From: Candidatus Dormiibacterota bacterium
GTDB lineage: Bacteria > Chloroflexota > Dormibacteria > CF-121
DNA length: 64,000 bases
Assembly: GCA_036269255.1 (NCBI GenBank)
Contig: DATASI010000121.1
Location: 7,875 to 71,874, forward strand
Reading direction: 5' to 3'
In this document: in pieces, positions 1-8,360 of the stretch
Layout: each line of letters opens with the position of its first letter
Position numbering within the stretch: the stretch's first letter is position 1
Notes under the pieces: generated by a model
The model's database searches: none
The model's input: the letters and a program-made list of their open reading frames with translations, nothing else
What the model was told of the DNA's origin: nothing
Made by a program: the position numbers and the translations under genes

Positions 1-75
1 GGCCAGGGTGCGGCGGTCTCGCCGGAACTGTTGCAGGATTCGCCGGGTGAGGGCGCCGACGCGTCGCAGGCTCAT
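1..75 (-). CDS. ABC-2 type transporter permease, N-terminal fragment; the gene continues beyond the window start
   Basis: The reverse complement of 1-75 reads ATG AGC CTG... = MSLRRVGALTRRILQQFRRDRRTLA, a typical ABC-2 permease N-terminus. Its ATG overlaps the TGA of the upstream ATPase gene (ATGA coupling). Confidence 0.55.
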   Translation of the reverse strand, partial: MSLRRVGALTRRILQQFRRDRRTLA

Positions 76-800
76 CGGGCACCCCGCTCGGAGAGCTTGA
101 GAAAGGCATCTTCGAGGCGGTCGACACCGGCTTGCTGCTTGAGCTCCGCGACGGTTCCCTCGGCGAGCAGCTTGCCGAACCGGATCAACCCCAGGCGGTC
201 CGCCCGCTCGGCTTCATCCATGACGTGGCTCGACACGATGATGGTGGTGCCGGTCTTCGCCATCGCCTGGAATCGGTCCCAGAGCTGGATGCGCAGCTGC
301 GGATCGACCCCGACCGTTGGCTCGTCGAGCAGCAGCAGATCCGGCTTGTTGACCAGGGCGCAGGCCAGCGAGCAGCGCGTCCGCATCCCGCCGCTCAGCG
401 TGCCGACGACCGAGTGACGCCGATCCCAGAGATCGACCAGCTCGAGAGCCTCGCGGACGCCGTCGGTCGCGCCCATGATGGCGCCGAAGAAGCGCAGGTT
501 CTCTTCGACGGAAAGGTCGGGATAGAGGGCGGCCTGCTGCGTCATGTACCCGACGCGGCCGAGGACATCGAGCTGCGGCATGCGCTGTCCCAGCACGGTG
601 ATGGAGCCGGCATCGGGCGCGACCAGCCCAACCAGGCTTCGAATCAGTGTCGTCTTGCCGGCGCCGTTGGGCCCGAGCAACCCGTAGACCTCACCCCGTC
701 GTACCCGCAGCGTCGCGCCGTCGAGGGCGGTGATGTCCTTGAAGCGCTTGACGACACCGTCGACGTCGACGGCGAGATCCGGGGCGGATGCAACGCTCAC
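72..800 (-). CDS. ABC transporter ATP-binding protein (ABC-2/drug-exporter type)
   Basis: Walker A GPNGAGKTT, signature LSGGMRTR and Walker B LLLLDEP are present. It has a GTG start, and a 4-nt overlap with the upstream TetR gene suggests co-transcription. Confidence 0.88.
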   Translation of the reverse strand: MSVASAPDLAVDVDGVVKRFKDITALDGATLRVRRGEVYGLLGPNGAGKTTLIRSLVGLVAPDAGSITVLGQRMPQLDVLGRVGYMTQQAALYPDLSVEENLRFFGAIMGATDGVREALELVDLWDRRHSVVGTLSGGMRTRCSLACALVNKPDLLLLDEPTVGVDPQLRIQLWDRFQAMAKTGTTIIVSSHVMDEAERADRLGLIRFGKLLAEGTVAELKQQAGVDRLEDAFLKLSERGAR

Positions 801-1525
801 AGCGGCGACATTCCTTTCAACCAGAGCTGGGCGAGCTGCCGCACCGCGGGTTCAGCATCGGTGGGTGGCACGCCGGCATCATGCAGCACAGGGGTCGAGA
901 GGACGAGCATCATGACCGGGCCGATCAACGCCTGCAAGGCCAGCAGGGGAGGCATGCGGCGCAGCCGGCCGGCGTCCATGTGTGTCTGGACGTAGCTCCC
1001 CAGGCGAGCGATCGCCTGCATACCGGTTTGCGCGAAGGCCTGTCGCGTCTCTTCGCTCAACGACGTCACCTCGACGATCAGCGTCCGGGCGATGCCGGCA
1101 TGTGGGGCAACCGCGCGGTAGGCGGTGACGACGATCACCGGAATCAGCTCCTCCGGCAGCCGGTCGCCCTGTTCATCAAGGAGCCGCATGATCGGCTCGA
1201 ACGGCGAGAAGACGACGAGGAGCTCGCGGAACAGGGCGGCCTTTCCGGGAAAGAGCCGATAGACACTCGCCCGGGACACGCCGGCACCGGCAGCGAGCTC
1301 ATCCATAGATAGTCGGGTGAGGGTCTGCCGCTGAAGCAATGCCGCGGCGGTTTCGAGGAGGCGCTGCCTGGCATCGGGCTCCGGTTCGAGCTTCAGCTGA
1401 GCGAGCAGCGCCGCACGCGAGGGAAACGCGCGGTAAAAGGTGGTCCGCGAGACGCCTGCCGCGTGAGCGATCTCGTCGACCGAGGCCTCGTCGTCGCGGC
1501 TCAGCAGCGTCATCGCCTCCGTCAC
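797..1525 (-). CDS. TetR-family transcriptional regulator with two HTH-like segments
   Basis: Two TetR_N-like motifs are present (VDEIAHAAGVSRTTFYRAF and MDELAAGAGVSRASVYRLF), followed by a TetR-like C-terminal helical region. Confidence 0.8.
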   Translation of the reverse strand: MTEAMTLLSRDDEASVDEIAHAAGVSRTTFYRAFPSRAALLAQLKLEPEPDARQRLLETAAALLQRQTLTRLSMDELAAGAGVSRASVYRLFPGKAALFRELLVVFSPFEPIMRLLDEQGDRLPEELIPVIVVTAYRAVAPHAGIARTLIVEVTSLSEETRQAFAQTGMQAIARLGSYVQTHMDAGRLRRMPPLLALQALIGPVMMLVLSTPVLHDAGVPPTDAEPAVRQLAQLWLKGMSPL

Positions 1526-1569
1526 GATCCGCTCCTTGGTCGAGGCTGCACCCGAGATGGGACAAGACT

Positions 1570-1587
1570 ATACGAGATGTCTCGTAT
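1570..1587. promoter_or_regulatory. Palindromic candidate operator (ATACGAGA-tg-TCTCGTAT) in the divergent TetR/fpg intergenic region
   Basis: Perfect 8-bp inverted-repeat arms separated by 2 bp, about 45 bp upstream of the TetR start. This geometry is typical of a TetR operator. Confidence 0.45.
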
Positions 1588-1643
1588 CGTCAAGTAACAT
1601 CGCGGCCGGTGAATGCCCGCAAGCTGAGCTAGCCTGATGTGCT

Positions 1644-2447
1644 GTGCCCGAGTTGCCCGAGCTGGAAGTGCTGCGCGAATACCTGGGCCCTCGGCTGGAG
1701 GGGAAGCGGATCGCGGGGGTATGGACCTCTCCCAAGCTCAGCTTTCTGTTACGCACGCCCCCCCAGGAGTTCGCTCGGCAGCTGACCGGCGGAAGCTTCG
1801 AGCGCATCTGGCGACGCGGCAAATTCCTGATCTTCGATATCGCCGGCCAGCACCTGGTGATCAATCCCATGCTCGGCGGCCGTCTGCAGTGGACCACCGA
1901 CACCGAAAAGGTGGCGGCGCCGACGGTGTTCCGCCTCACACTGGAGGGGGGCGAAGAGCTTCGCTTCCTCGACTCGGTGAAGATGGGCCGTGTCTACTGG
2001 GTCCCACCGGGCGCGTTGCCGACCATTCCGGGATGGGCGGAGCTGGGCCCCGATGCGTTGACCGTCACCGAGGGCGAATTTGCGCAACGGATTCGGCGGC
2101 ATCCAGGCGAGTTGAAGAATCTGCTGCGAAACCAGGCCTTCATCGCGGGCGTGGGCAACGCCTATTCCGATGAGATCCTGCACGAAGCGGCATTGCTTCC
2201 CTTGCGAAAACGCACCACGCTGAAATCGGAGGACGTGGTCAGGCTGCACGAGGCGACGGGCAAGGTGCTTCGCTCCGCGATCGAGACGATCAAGGCGCAG
2301 CCGAAGTACGAGCCGCACAAGCAGGATCGCAGCTTCATGGCGGTGCACGGCAAGGCCAAGGAGAAGTGCCCACGCTGCGGCCACCGCATCTCCGAGCTGA
2401 CGGCTCGCGGCGAAGCCACCGATTTTTGTCGCGGCTGTCAGCATTAA
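1644..2447 (+). CDS. fpg: Formamidopyrimidine-DNA glycosylase / Nei-family DNA glycosylase
   Basis: The N-terminus is (M)PELPELEV with the catalytic Pro2. A C-terminal zinc finger CPRCGHRI...CRGCQ is present. The start codon is GTG. Confidence 0.85.
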   Translation: MPELPELEVLREYLGPRLEGKRIAGVWTSPKLSFLLRTPPQEFARQLTGGSFERIWRRGKFLIFDIAGQHLVINPMLGGRLQWTTDTEKVAAPTVFRLTLEGGEELRFLDSVKMGRVYWVPPGALPTIPGWAELGPDALTVTEGEFAQRIRRHPGELKNLLRNQAFIAGVGNAYSDEILHEAALLPLRKRTTLKSEDVVRLHEATGKVLRSAIETIKAQPKYEPHKQDRSFMAVHGKAKEKCPRCGHRISELTARGEATDFCRGCQH

Positions 2448-2452
2448 CTGAC

Positions 2453-3247
2453 GTGCACCTGAAGGACGCGCGCGTCATCGTTACCGGCGCCTCCAGTGGA
2501 ATCGGTCGAGCGATCGCCGTCGAGTTCGCGGATCGCGGCGCCAGCGTCGTCCTCGCCGCCCGCCGTGCGCAGGAAATCGCCGAGCTCGCCGAGCAGATCG
2601 CCACGAAAGGTGGTTCGGCGATCGCAATCCCAACCGACGTCACCGAGGAGGGAGCGCCTGACCGGCTCGCCCAGGAAACCATCGCCCGCCTCGGTCGGAT
2701 CGACCTCCTGGTCAACAACGCCGGGATCGGATTGCACGCCGCGATTGCCGACGCGTCATCCCGCGATGTCGAGGCCCTCTTTCGGCTGAACGTCCTGGCC
2801 GCAGCCGCGATGATCCGGGCCGTCATCCCGACCATGCGAGCCCAGCGATCCGGCATGGTGATCAACATCTCGTCGGTGGCAGGACGAATTGCCATCCCGC
2901 GAATTGGCTATTACTCCGCCAGCAAATTTGCGCTCACGGTCCTCGGCGAGGCGCTGCGCTTAGAGGAAGGGCATCGGGGAATCCGCGTGATGAACGTTTT
3001 TCCGGGAACCACGCGCTCCAACTTTGGAGACAACCGGCTGGGGGACCGCGGTCGCGCGCCGCATCAGCGGATCCCCGCCGTCCCAGCCGAGAAAGTGGCG
3101 CGTCGCATCGCGCTCGCGGTCGAGCGCAATCGAAAGTCGGTCTACGTTTCCTTGATTCCGGACCGGATGGGCGTCGCCATCAACCACGTCGCCAGCTGGG
3201 CGGTTGCGGGCGTGTTGCAGCGGTGGGCCCGGCGTGGCGAAGCCTGA
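2453..3247 (+). CDS. Short-chain dehydrogenase/reductase (SDR)
   Basis: TGASSGIGRA Rossmann motif, an NNAG motif and a YxxxK region are present. The start is placed at GTG 2453, just after the fpg stop; the ORF-track ATG at 2366 would overlap fpg. Confidence 0.8.
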   Translation: MHLKDARVIVTGASSGIGRAIAVEFADRGASVVLAARRAQEIAELAEQIATKGGSAIAIPTDVTEEGAPDRLAQETIARLGRIDLLVNNAGIGLHAAIADASSRDVEALFRLNVLAAAAMIRAVIPTMRAQRSGMVINISSVAGRIAIPRIGYYSASKFALTVLGEALRLEEGHRGIRVMNVFPGTTRSNFGDNRLGDRGRAPHQRIPAVPAEKVARRIALAVERNRKSVYVSLIPDRMGVAINHVASWAVAGVLQRWARRGEA

Positions 3248-3278
3248 TCGCCATTCTGCGCTGGAGATCGGCAAACGC

Positions 3279-3869
3279 GTGTATCTTCGAGAACCGACCC
3301 GAAACGATCAGCAGGAAATCCTGACCAGGAACCGGGCCAGCCGCGCGCTGCATCGCGGCTGGGTATCGCCGCCGACTGACGCGGCGGCCTTTGCGGCCTG
3401 GATCAAGCGCCTCGACAATCCGGCGGCGAAAGCGCTGCTCGTCTGCCGGATTGACGACGGCGCCATCGTCGGCGTCTTCGTCTTGAGCCAGATCGTGCGC
3501 CGCCTGTTCCAGAGCGCCTACCTTGGGTACTACGCGGAGCATCCCTTCGAGGGCCAGGGGTACATGACCGAGGCCGTCCAGCTGGTGCTGCACCACGTGT
3601 TCGTCTCGATGAAGCTGCACCGCGTCGAGGCGAACGTTCAGCCCGAAAACGCCGCCTCGATCGCCCTGATCAAAGGCGCCGGCTTTCGGTTGGAGGGCTT
3701 TTCGCCGCGATACCTAAAGATCGCCGGCCGCTGGCGCGATCATCAACGCTGGGCGTTGCTCATCGACGACTGGCGGACCCTTCGCCGGCGGCGGCGCGCG
3801 CCTTCTCGACGTCAGGGGCGCCGATCACGATCCGCGTCTGGGTCGCCAGGTAGACCGCGTTCAGGTTGA
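3279..3869 (+). CDS. GNAT-family N-acetyltransferase (RimJ/RimL-like)
   Basis: GNAT fold signature (…AYLGYYAEHPFEGQGYMTEAV…HRVEANVQPENAASIALIKGAGFRLEG). The start is uncertain: ATG 3204 would overlap the SDR gene, and GTG 3279 is the alternative. The 3' end overlaps the convergent ACT gene by about 110 bp. Confidence 0.65.
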   Translation: MYLREPTRNDQQEILTRNRASRALHRGWVSPPTDAAAFAAWIKRLDNPAAKALLVCRIDDGAIVGVFVLSQIVRRLFQSAYLGYYAEHPFEGQGYMTEAVQLVLHHVFVSMKLHRVEANVQPENAASIALIKGAGFRLEGFSPRYLKIAGRWRDHQRWALLIDDWRTLRRRRRAPSRRQGRRSRSASGSPGRPRSG

Positions 3870-4161
3870 CGCCCGCGTCGGCCAGCTTGCGGGTCAACTT
3901 GCCCAGCGCTCCCGGCCGATCGTCGATCTGGATGACGAGGGCATCTTGCTCGCCGGTGACGCGTGCGCCGGCGGTCTGCAGCGCCTGACGGGCGTTGCCC
4001 GCGTCTTCGACCAGCAAATGGCCGACGCCTTTGCCCCCGACGACAAAGCCACAGATTCCCTCGATGTTCACGCCGGCCTTGCCAAGCGCCTCCGCCGCCG
4101 CGGCCACGGTGCCGACCTTTTCCTCGAGCTCGAACGTCAGGTCTTTCAAGTGATGTGCCAT
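3760..4161 (-). CDS. ACT-domain protein (small-molecule-binding regulatory domain)
   Basis: The ATG at 4161 has a perfect AGGAGG Shine-Dalgarno 6 nt upstream. The product is about 133 aa with a tandem ACT-like repeat (GTVAAAAEALGKAGVNIEG… / RPGALGKLTRKLADAGVNLNAV…). The upstream part of the ORF-track ORF is a spurious extension. Confidence 0.6.
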   Translation of the reverse strand: MAHHLKDLTFELEEKVGTVAAAAEALGKAGVNIEGICGFVVGGKGVGHLLVEDAGNARQALQTAGARVTGEQDALVIQIDDRPGALGKLTRKLADAGVNLNAVYLATQTRIVIGAPDVEKARAAAGEGSASRR

Positions 4162-4181
4162 CGATCCACCTCCTCGGAGGA

Positions 4182-4544
4182 TCATACGACGCGATTCGGG
4201 TCGTACAGCCAGTTCAAGCCGAGGCCCAGCACGGCGATGACGAACGCCATCACCAGGATCAAGAGCAGCGCGCGGCCGGCGGATCGAATCATCGGCGGGT
4301 GATGCTCGAGCGGCCGCGACCGATCGAACCAGATGGTCCAGATGGCGAGAGGCAGTATCGGTGCACAGCGCAGGGCGATGCGAAGGAGGGGACTGGGCGC
4401 GGCGAAGGCGGCGATGACGTACAGCGCTGCGACGCCGACGAGGGGAACTCCCACCCCGACCCTTCCCCAAAGGGGGAGGGAGCTGAAAACGCTAGTAGGT
4501 CTCCAGGTAGGCGTCGAGCTCCCAGGCGCTGACCTGTTTCTCAT
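4182..4544 (-). CDS. Possible small hydrophobic membrane protein downstream of the GS-like gene
   Basis: An ORF with 2-3 hydrophobic helices and no homology recognised. Its 5' end overlaps the GS-like stop, so the true start is probably internal. Confidence 0.2.
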   Translation of the reverse strand: MRNRSAPGSSTPTWRPTSVFSSLPLWGRVGVGVPLVGVAALYVIAAFAAPSPLLRIALRCAPILPLAIWTIWFDRSRPLEHHPPMIRSAGRALLLILVMAFVIAVLGLGLNWLYDPNRVV

Positions 4545-5805
4545 AACTCTGCCACTCGATTTCCTTGGCTTCGATGAAACGTTCCAGCAGGTGCACTCCT
4601 AGCGCCTCGCGCATAACCTCGTCCTGTCGCAGATGACGGAGCGCCTCGGCCAGCGAGCCGGGCAGCTGCCCGAGCTGGTGGCGGGCCAACCGCTCGGGAT
4701 CGAAGGCGTAGAGGTTCTCCTCGACCGGCGGCGGCAGCGGCAGCTTTTGCCGGATCCCTGACAGGCCGGCATGCAGCATGGCGGCGAACGCGAGGTACGG
4801 GTTGCAGGATGGATCCGGAGCGCGGAACTCGATTCGGATGGCTCCCCGGTCGGCGCTGCTGACGCGCGGCACGCGAATCAAGGCGGAGCGATTCATCTGC
4901 GCCCAGGTGATCGCGACCGGCGCCTCGAAGCCGGGCGTGAAACGCTTATAGGAGTTGACCAGCGGCGCCACCACGGCGCAGAGCCCGCGGGCGTGGGCGA
5001 GTTGCCCGGCGATGAAATGGCGGGCGACCGCCGACAGGTTGTACTGGTCGGCCCGGTCGAAGAAGGCGTTGCTCTCTCTGCCAACCTCGGTCAGCACCTG
5101 GTGGGTGTGCATCCCGGAACCTGCAACGCCGAACATCGGCTTGGGCATGAAGGTGGCCAGCAGCCCGCGGCGCTGGGCGATGGCCTTCACCGTGTGCTTG
5201 AGGGTGACCAACTGATCCGCGCCTCTGAGCGCATTGCTCAAGCCGAGGTCGAGCTCGTACTGCCCGGCCGCGACTTCGTGGTGACTGGCCTCGACGGCGA
5301 TGCCCATGCGATCGAGCGCCTCGACAATTTCTTGACGCACGCTGCCGGCCAGGTCGACCGGATGATCGAAGTAACTCGCCCGGTCGCGACGTTCGAGCCG
5401 CGCGAGGCTGCCGGCGGCATCCGGATTGAGCAAGAAGAACTCGAGCTCGATCGACACGGCGTAGTCGAAGCCCAATGAGGCTGCCTCGGCGAGCGCTCGG
5501 GCGAGCACGCCTCGCGGGTCACCGGCAAAGCGCTCCCCGTCGGGCGTGAGCAGGTCACAGATGACCTGGGCTCCAGCGGTCCCCTCCACCTCGCTGATCG
5601 TCAGCGTATCGAGGTCAGGCCGAAGGAACATGTCGCTTTCGAAGATTCGTGCGAACCCTTCGACCGACGAGCCGTCGAACCACTCCCCCTGGCGGACCGC
5701 GTGCGGCAAACGCTGCGCCGGGATGGTGATGCTCTTCACGGTGCCCAGAACGTCGACGAATCGCAGGTCGAGGAACCGGATGGCGCGCTCGGCGAGACGC
5801 TCCAT
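4492..5805 (-). CDS. Glutamine synthetase family protein (GlnA2/GlnA3-like; possibly a gamma-glutamyl-amine ligase)
   Basis: 437 aa with GS catalytic-domain motifs (…[17 protein letters not shown]…, NSYKRF, RVP…[15 protein letters not shown]). Confidence 0.85.
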   Translation of the reverse strand: MERLAERAIRFLDLRFVDVLGTVKSITIPAQRLPHAVRQGEWFDGSSVEGFARIFESDMFLRPDLDTLTISEVEGTAGAQVICDLLTPDGERFAGDPRGVLARALAEAASLGFDYAVSIELEFFLLNPDAAGSLARLERRDRASYFDHPVDLAGSVRQEIVEALDRMGIAVEASHHEVAAGQYELDLGLSNALRGADQLVTLKHTVKAIAQRRGLLATFMPKPMFGVAGSGMHTHQVLTEVGRESNAFFDRADQYNLSAVARHFIAGQLAHARGLCAVVAPLVNSYKRFTPGFEAPVAITWAQMNRSALIRVPRVSSADRGAIRIEFRAPDPSCNPYLAFAAMLHAGLSGIRQKLPLPPPVEENLYAFDPERLARHQLGQLPGSLAEALRHLRQDEVMREALGVHLLERFIEAKEIEWQSYEKQVSAWELDAYLETY

Positions 5806-5845
5806 CGCCCGCTCGATCGCCGGCGACGCGCTGCGGGCGCCGGTC

Positions 5846-5971
5846 TCAGTCTTCGGCGTCGGGGACTCCGCGGTGATCGGAGCTCAGCGGGCGGTCAGGG
5901 TCGTCCCAGGACGGTCCGGGGCGGGGATGATCGCCGGGTCGCCAGGGCTTGTCTTTCAACGGCTCTTCCAT
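5846..5971 (-). CDS. Possible 41-aa acidic Pro-rich small ORF between the two GS genes
   Basis: ATG with GAGGAG about 8 nt upstream. The product is MEEPLKDKPWRPGDHPRPGPSWDDPDRPLSSDHRGVPDAED, low-complexity with no homology. Confidence 0.15.
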   Translation of the reverse strand: MEEPLKDKPWRPGDHPRPGPSWDDPDRPLSSDHRGVPDAED

Positions 5972-6050
5972 CGCGTGCTCCTCTTCGGTAGATGAGAGAC
6001 GGCTGCCAGGGCGAGTGACAGCCGCCTCGATGTCGGACGAACCAGCCGAA

Positions 6051-7508
6051 CTAGATGTCGTGGTAGAGGTAGAACTCCCAGGGGTGCGGTCGGAGCGCGA
6101 CCTGGTCGTACTCCCGAACGCGCTTGTAGTCAATCCAGGTCTCGATCAGGTCTTCGGTGAAGACGCCGCCCCGCGTCAGGTATTCGTTGTCGATCTCGAG
6201 GGCGTCGAGCACCTCGAGCAGCGATCCCGGCGTGCTCTTGACCTGCCGCTTCAGCTCCGGCTCGAGCTCGTAGAGATCCTCATCGATCGGCTTCGGCGGC
6301 TCGATTTTGTTGATGACCCCGTCCAGGCCGGCCATCAGGCAGGCTGCGAACGACAAATAGGGATTGCAGGACGGATCCGGCGTGCGGAACTCCAGGCGCT
6401 TCGCCTTCGGATTGTCGAAGTACATCGGAATGCGGATGCAGGCGCTGCGATTGCGCTTCGAGTAGATGAGGTTGATCGGCGCCTCATAGCCCGGAACCAA
6501 CCGCCGGTAGGAGTTGGTCGTGGGCGCGGCAAAGGCCAGCAGCGACGGCGCGTGCTTCAGCAGGCCGCCGATGTACCAGCGGCACATGTCGCTGATCCCG
6601 GCATAGCCGGCCTTGTCGTAGAAGAGCGGCTCGCCGTCTTTCCACAGGCTCTGATGGGTGTGCATCCCCGACCCGTTGTCCATGAAGAGCGGCTTGGGCA
6701 TGAAGGTCGCGACGAAGCCGTTCTGGGCGCAGACGTTCTTGACGATGTACTTGTAGAGCATGACCTGGTCGGCCATCTTGAGCAGCGTTCCGAAACGCAT
6801 GTCGATCTCGGTCTGCCCGGCGGTGCCGACCTCATGGTGATGGACTTCCACCTCGATGCCGGCCTCGATCAGCTTGAGCACGATCTGCGAGCGCAGGTCC
6901 TGCAGCTTGTCGGTGGGCGGCACCGGGAAGTAGCCCTCCTTGAATCGCGGCCGATAGGCAAGGTTGGGCTCGCCGTTCTTGGCCGAATTCCACACCCCCT
7001 CCACCGAGTCGATCTCGTACATGCCTGAGAACTGGTTCTGGTCGAAGCGCATGCTGTTGAAGATGTAGAACTCGCATTCCGGGCCCCAAAAGCTGGTGTC
7101 GGCGATCCCGGTCGACCCCAGGTAGGCTTCGGCCTTCTTCGCGACGTAGCGAGGATCGCGCGAGTAGGGCTCGCGGGTGATCGGATCGATGACGTCGCAG
7201 ACGAGATTCAAGGTCGGCACCCGGAGCACGGGATCGACGATCGCCGTCGAGGGGTCGGGCATCAGCAGCATGTCGCTCTCGTGGATGTGTTGGAAGCCGC
7301 GGATGCTGGATCCGTCGAAGCCGATGCCGTCGCTGAAGAGGCTTTTGCTCAGCTCCTGCACCGGGATCGAGAAATGCTGCCAGGTGCCGATCAGGTCGAC
7401 GAACTTGAGATCGACGATCTTGAGGCCCTGCTTCTGAGCCATGTCGATGACGGCCTGCGCGTCCGCCTTCGTTTCTTTCCTGGCGCGCACGCCCTGATCA
7501 ATCGCCAT
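6051..7508 (-). CDS. glnA: Glutamine synthetase type I
   Basis: 485 aa with classic GSI motifs (…FDGSSIRGF…, [34 protein letters not shown]…[15 protein letters not shown]). Confidence 0.92.
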   Translation of the reverse strand: MAIDQGVRARKETKADAQAVIDMAQKQGLKIVDLKFVDLIGTWQHFSIPVQELSKSLFSDGIGFDGSSIRGFQHIHESDMLLMPDPSTAIVDPVLRVPTLNLVCDVIDPITREPYSRDPRYVAKKAEAYLGSTGIADTSFWGPECEFYIFNSMRFDQNQFSGMYEIDSVEGVWNSAKNGEPNLAYRPRFKEGYFPVPPTDKLQDLRSQIVLKLIEAGIEVEVHHHEVGTAGQTEIDMRFGTLLKMADQVMLYKYIVKNVCAQNGFVATFMPKPLFMDNGSGMHTHQSLWKDGEPLFYDKAGYAGISDMCRWYIGGLLKHAPSLLAFAAPTTNSYRRLVPGYEAPINLIYSKRNRSACIRIPMYFDNPKAKRLEFRTPDPSCNPYLSFAACLMAGLDGVINKIEPPKPIDEDLYELEPELKRQVKSTPGSLLEVLDALEIDNEYLTRGGVFTEDLIETWIDYKRVREYDQVALRPHPWEFYLYHDI

Positions 7509-7631
7509 AAATACCGTCCCTCCGTGCTACGAAGTAATCCGACGCTCTCGATGCTAGGGGCGACGATTCACCCTGTCATCGGGCCGCAACGACGACTTCC
7601 GGCCCCGATTTTTGTGCGCCGCGCCCAATCG

Positions 7632-8360
7632 TCAGCTGCTTGGGCTGGCGGAGGGGGCGGGCGTCGCCGAGGGGGCTGCGCTAAGCCGGTCGAGCGTCAG
7701 CGTGTAGCCGCTGGACGGCGGATCGATGCCCACCGAAAGCACGAAGTCGTCCCTGGTGAAGCGGAGAATTGGCGTGGTCGCCGAGGTCTTGTCCTCGGCC
7801 CACCCGAGGCGGGCCAGCTCGCGCTCGTAAAAGGGCACGATGCTGTTCAGGTTGTTGGCGGCGATGTCCTCCGATATGCTCTCGGTGCCCTGGAGGCCGG
7901 GCGTCTCGTCGAGCAGCCGGGTGCCGGGTGGCCGGGGTAGCGAGTCCATCACGGGCCGGGTCAGGTGGGTGTCGGCGCCGCTGAGCACGGCAGACACGCT
8001 GGCGTTCTCGATCAGTCCGTAGATGGCGAGCAGGCCCAGCAGTGCCGTGAAGACGGAAGCCGCGATGGTCACGACGAGATGTCCTCGGAGTCCCTCGCGA
8101 TACCGACGCCAGCCGACGGGCAGCAGCAAGCCAAGCGTGAGCAGCGCCAGACCAAGCACGCCGGCGGCCAGCAGCTCGAACCATGCCCCGGGCATGTAGT
8201 CCGCAAGCTGATCGGCGGCGAGGAGGGTGAGGGACAGTGACCCGGCATAAAGCAGCGACACGCCGGGCACGACCCAAGGCCGCGCGGCCGACGCGACAGC
8301 CGGCAGCGGAACGACCGCTTGGCTGAGCCGGCGGTCTATGCGCCGGCGGCTTGCTCCCAC
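7632..8360 (-). CDS. Hypothetical membrane protein with a Pro/Ala/Ser-rich C-terminus
   Basis: Several TM helices followed by an extracytoplasmic segment and a PA/S-rich tail. It overlaps the ABC-F stop by 25 bp, so the start may be internal. Confidence 0.45.
   Translation of the reverse strand: MGASRRRIDRRLSQAVVPLPAVASAARPWVVPGVSLLYAGSLSLTLLAADQLADYMPGAWFELLAAGVLGLALLTLGLLLPVGWRRYREGLRGHLVVTIAASVFTALLGLLAIYGLIENASVSAVLSGADTHLTRPVMDSLPRPPGTRLLDETPGLQGTESISEDIAANNLNSIVPFYERELARLGWAEDKTSATTPILRFTRDDFVLSVGIDPPSSGYTLTLDRLSAAPSATPAPSASPSS

Noticed and set aside
132-995. 287-aa + strand ORF overlapping the ABC ATPase and TetR genes, plus similar long antisense ORFs (5949..7028, 19607..20656, 22180..23196, 26850..27992, 47445..48893, 61899..62864)
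   Set aside because: All are antisense to genes with clear family assignments. All show the R/P/G/A-rich composition expected from reading a 70 % GC coding strand backwards. None contains a recognisable motif.
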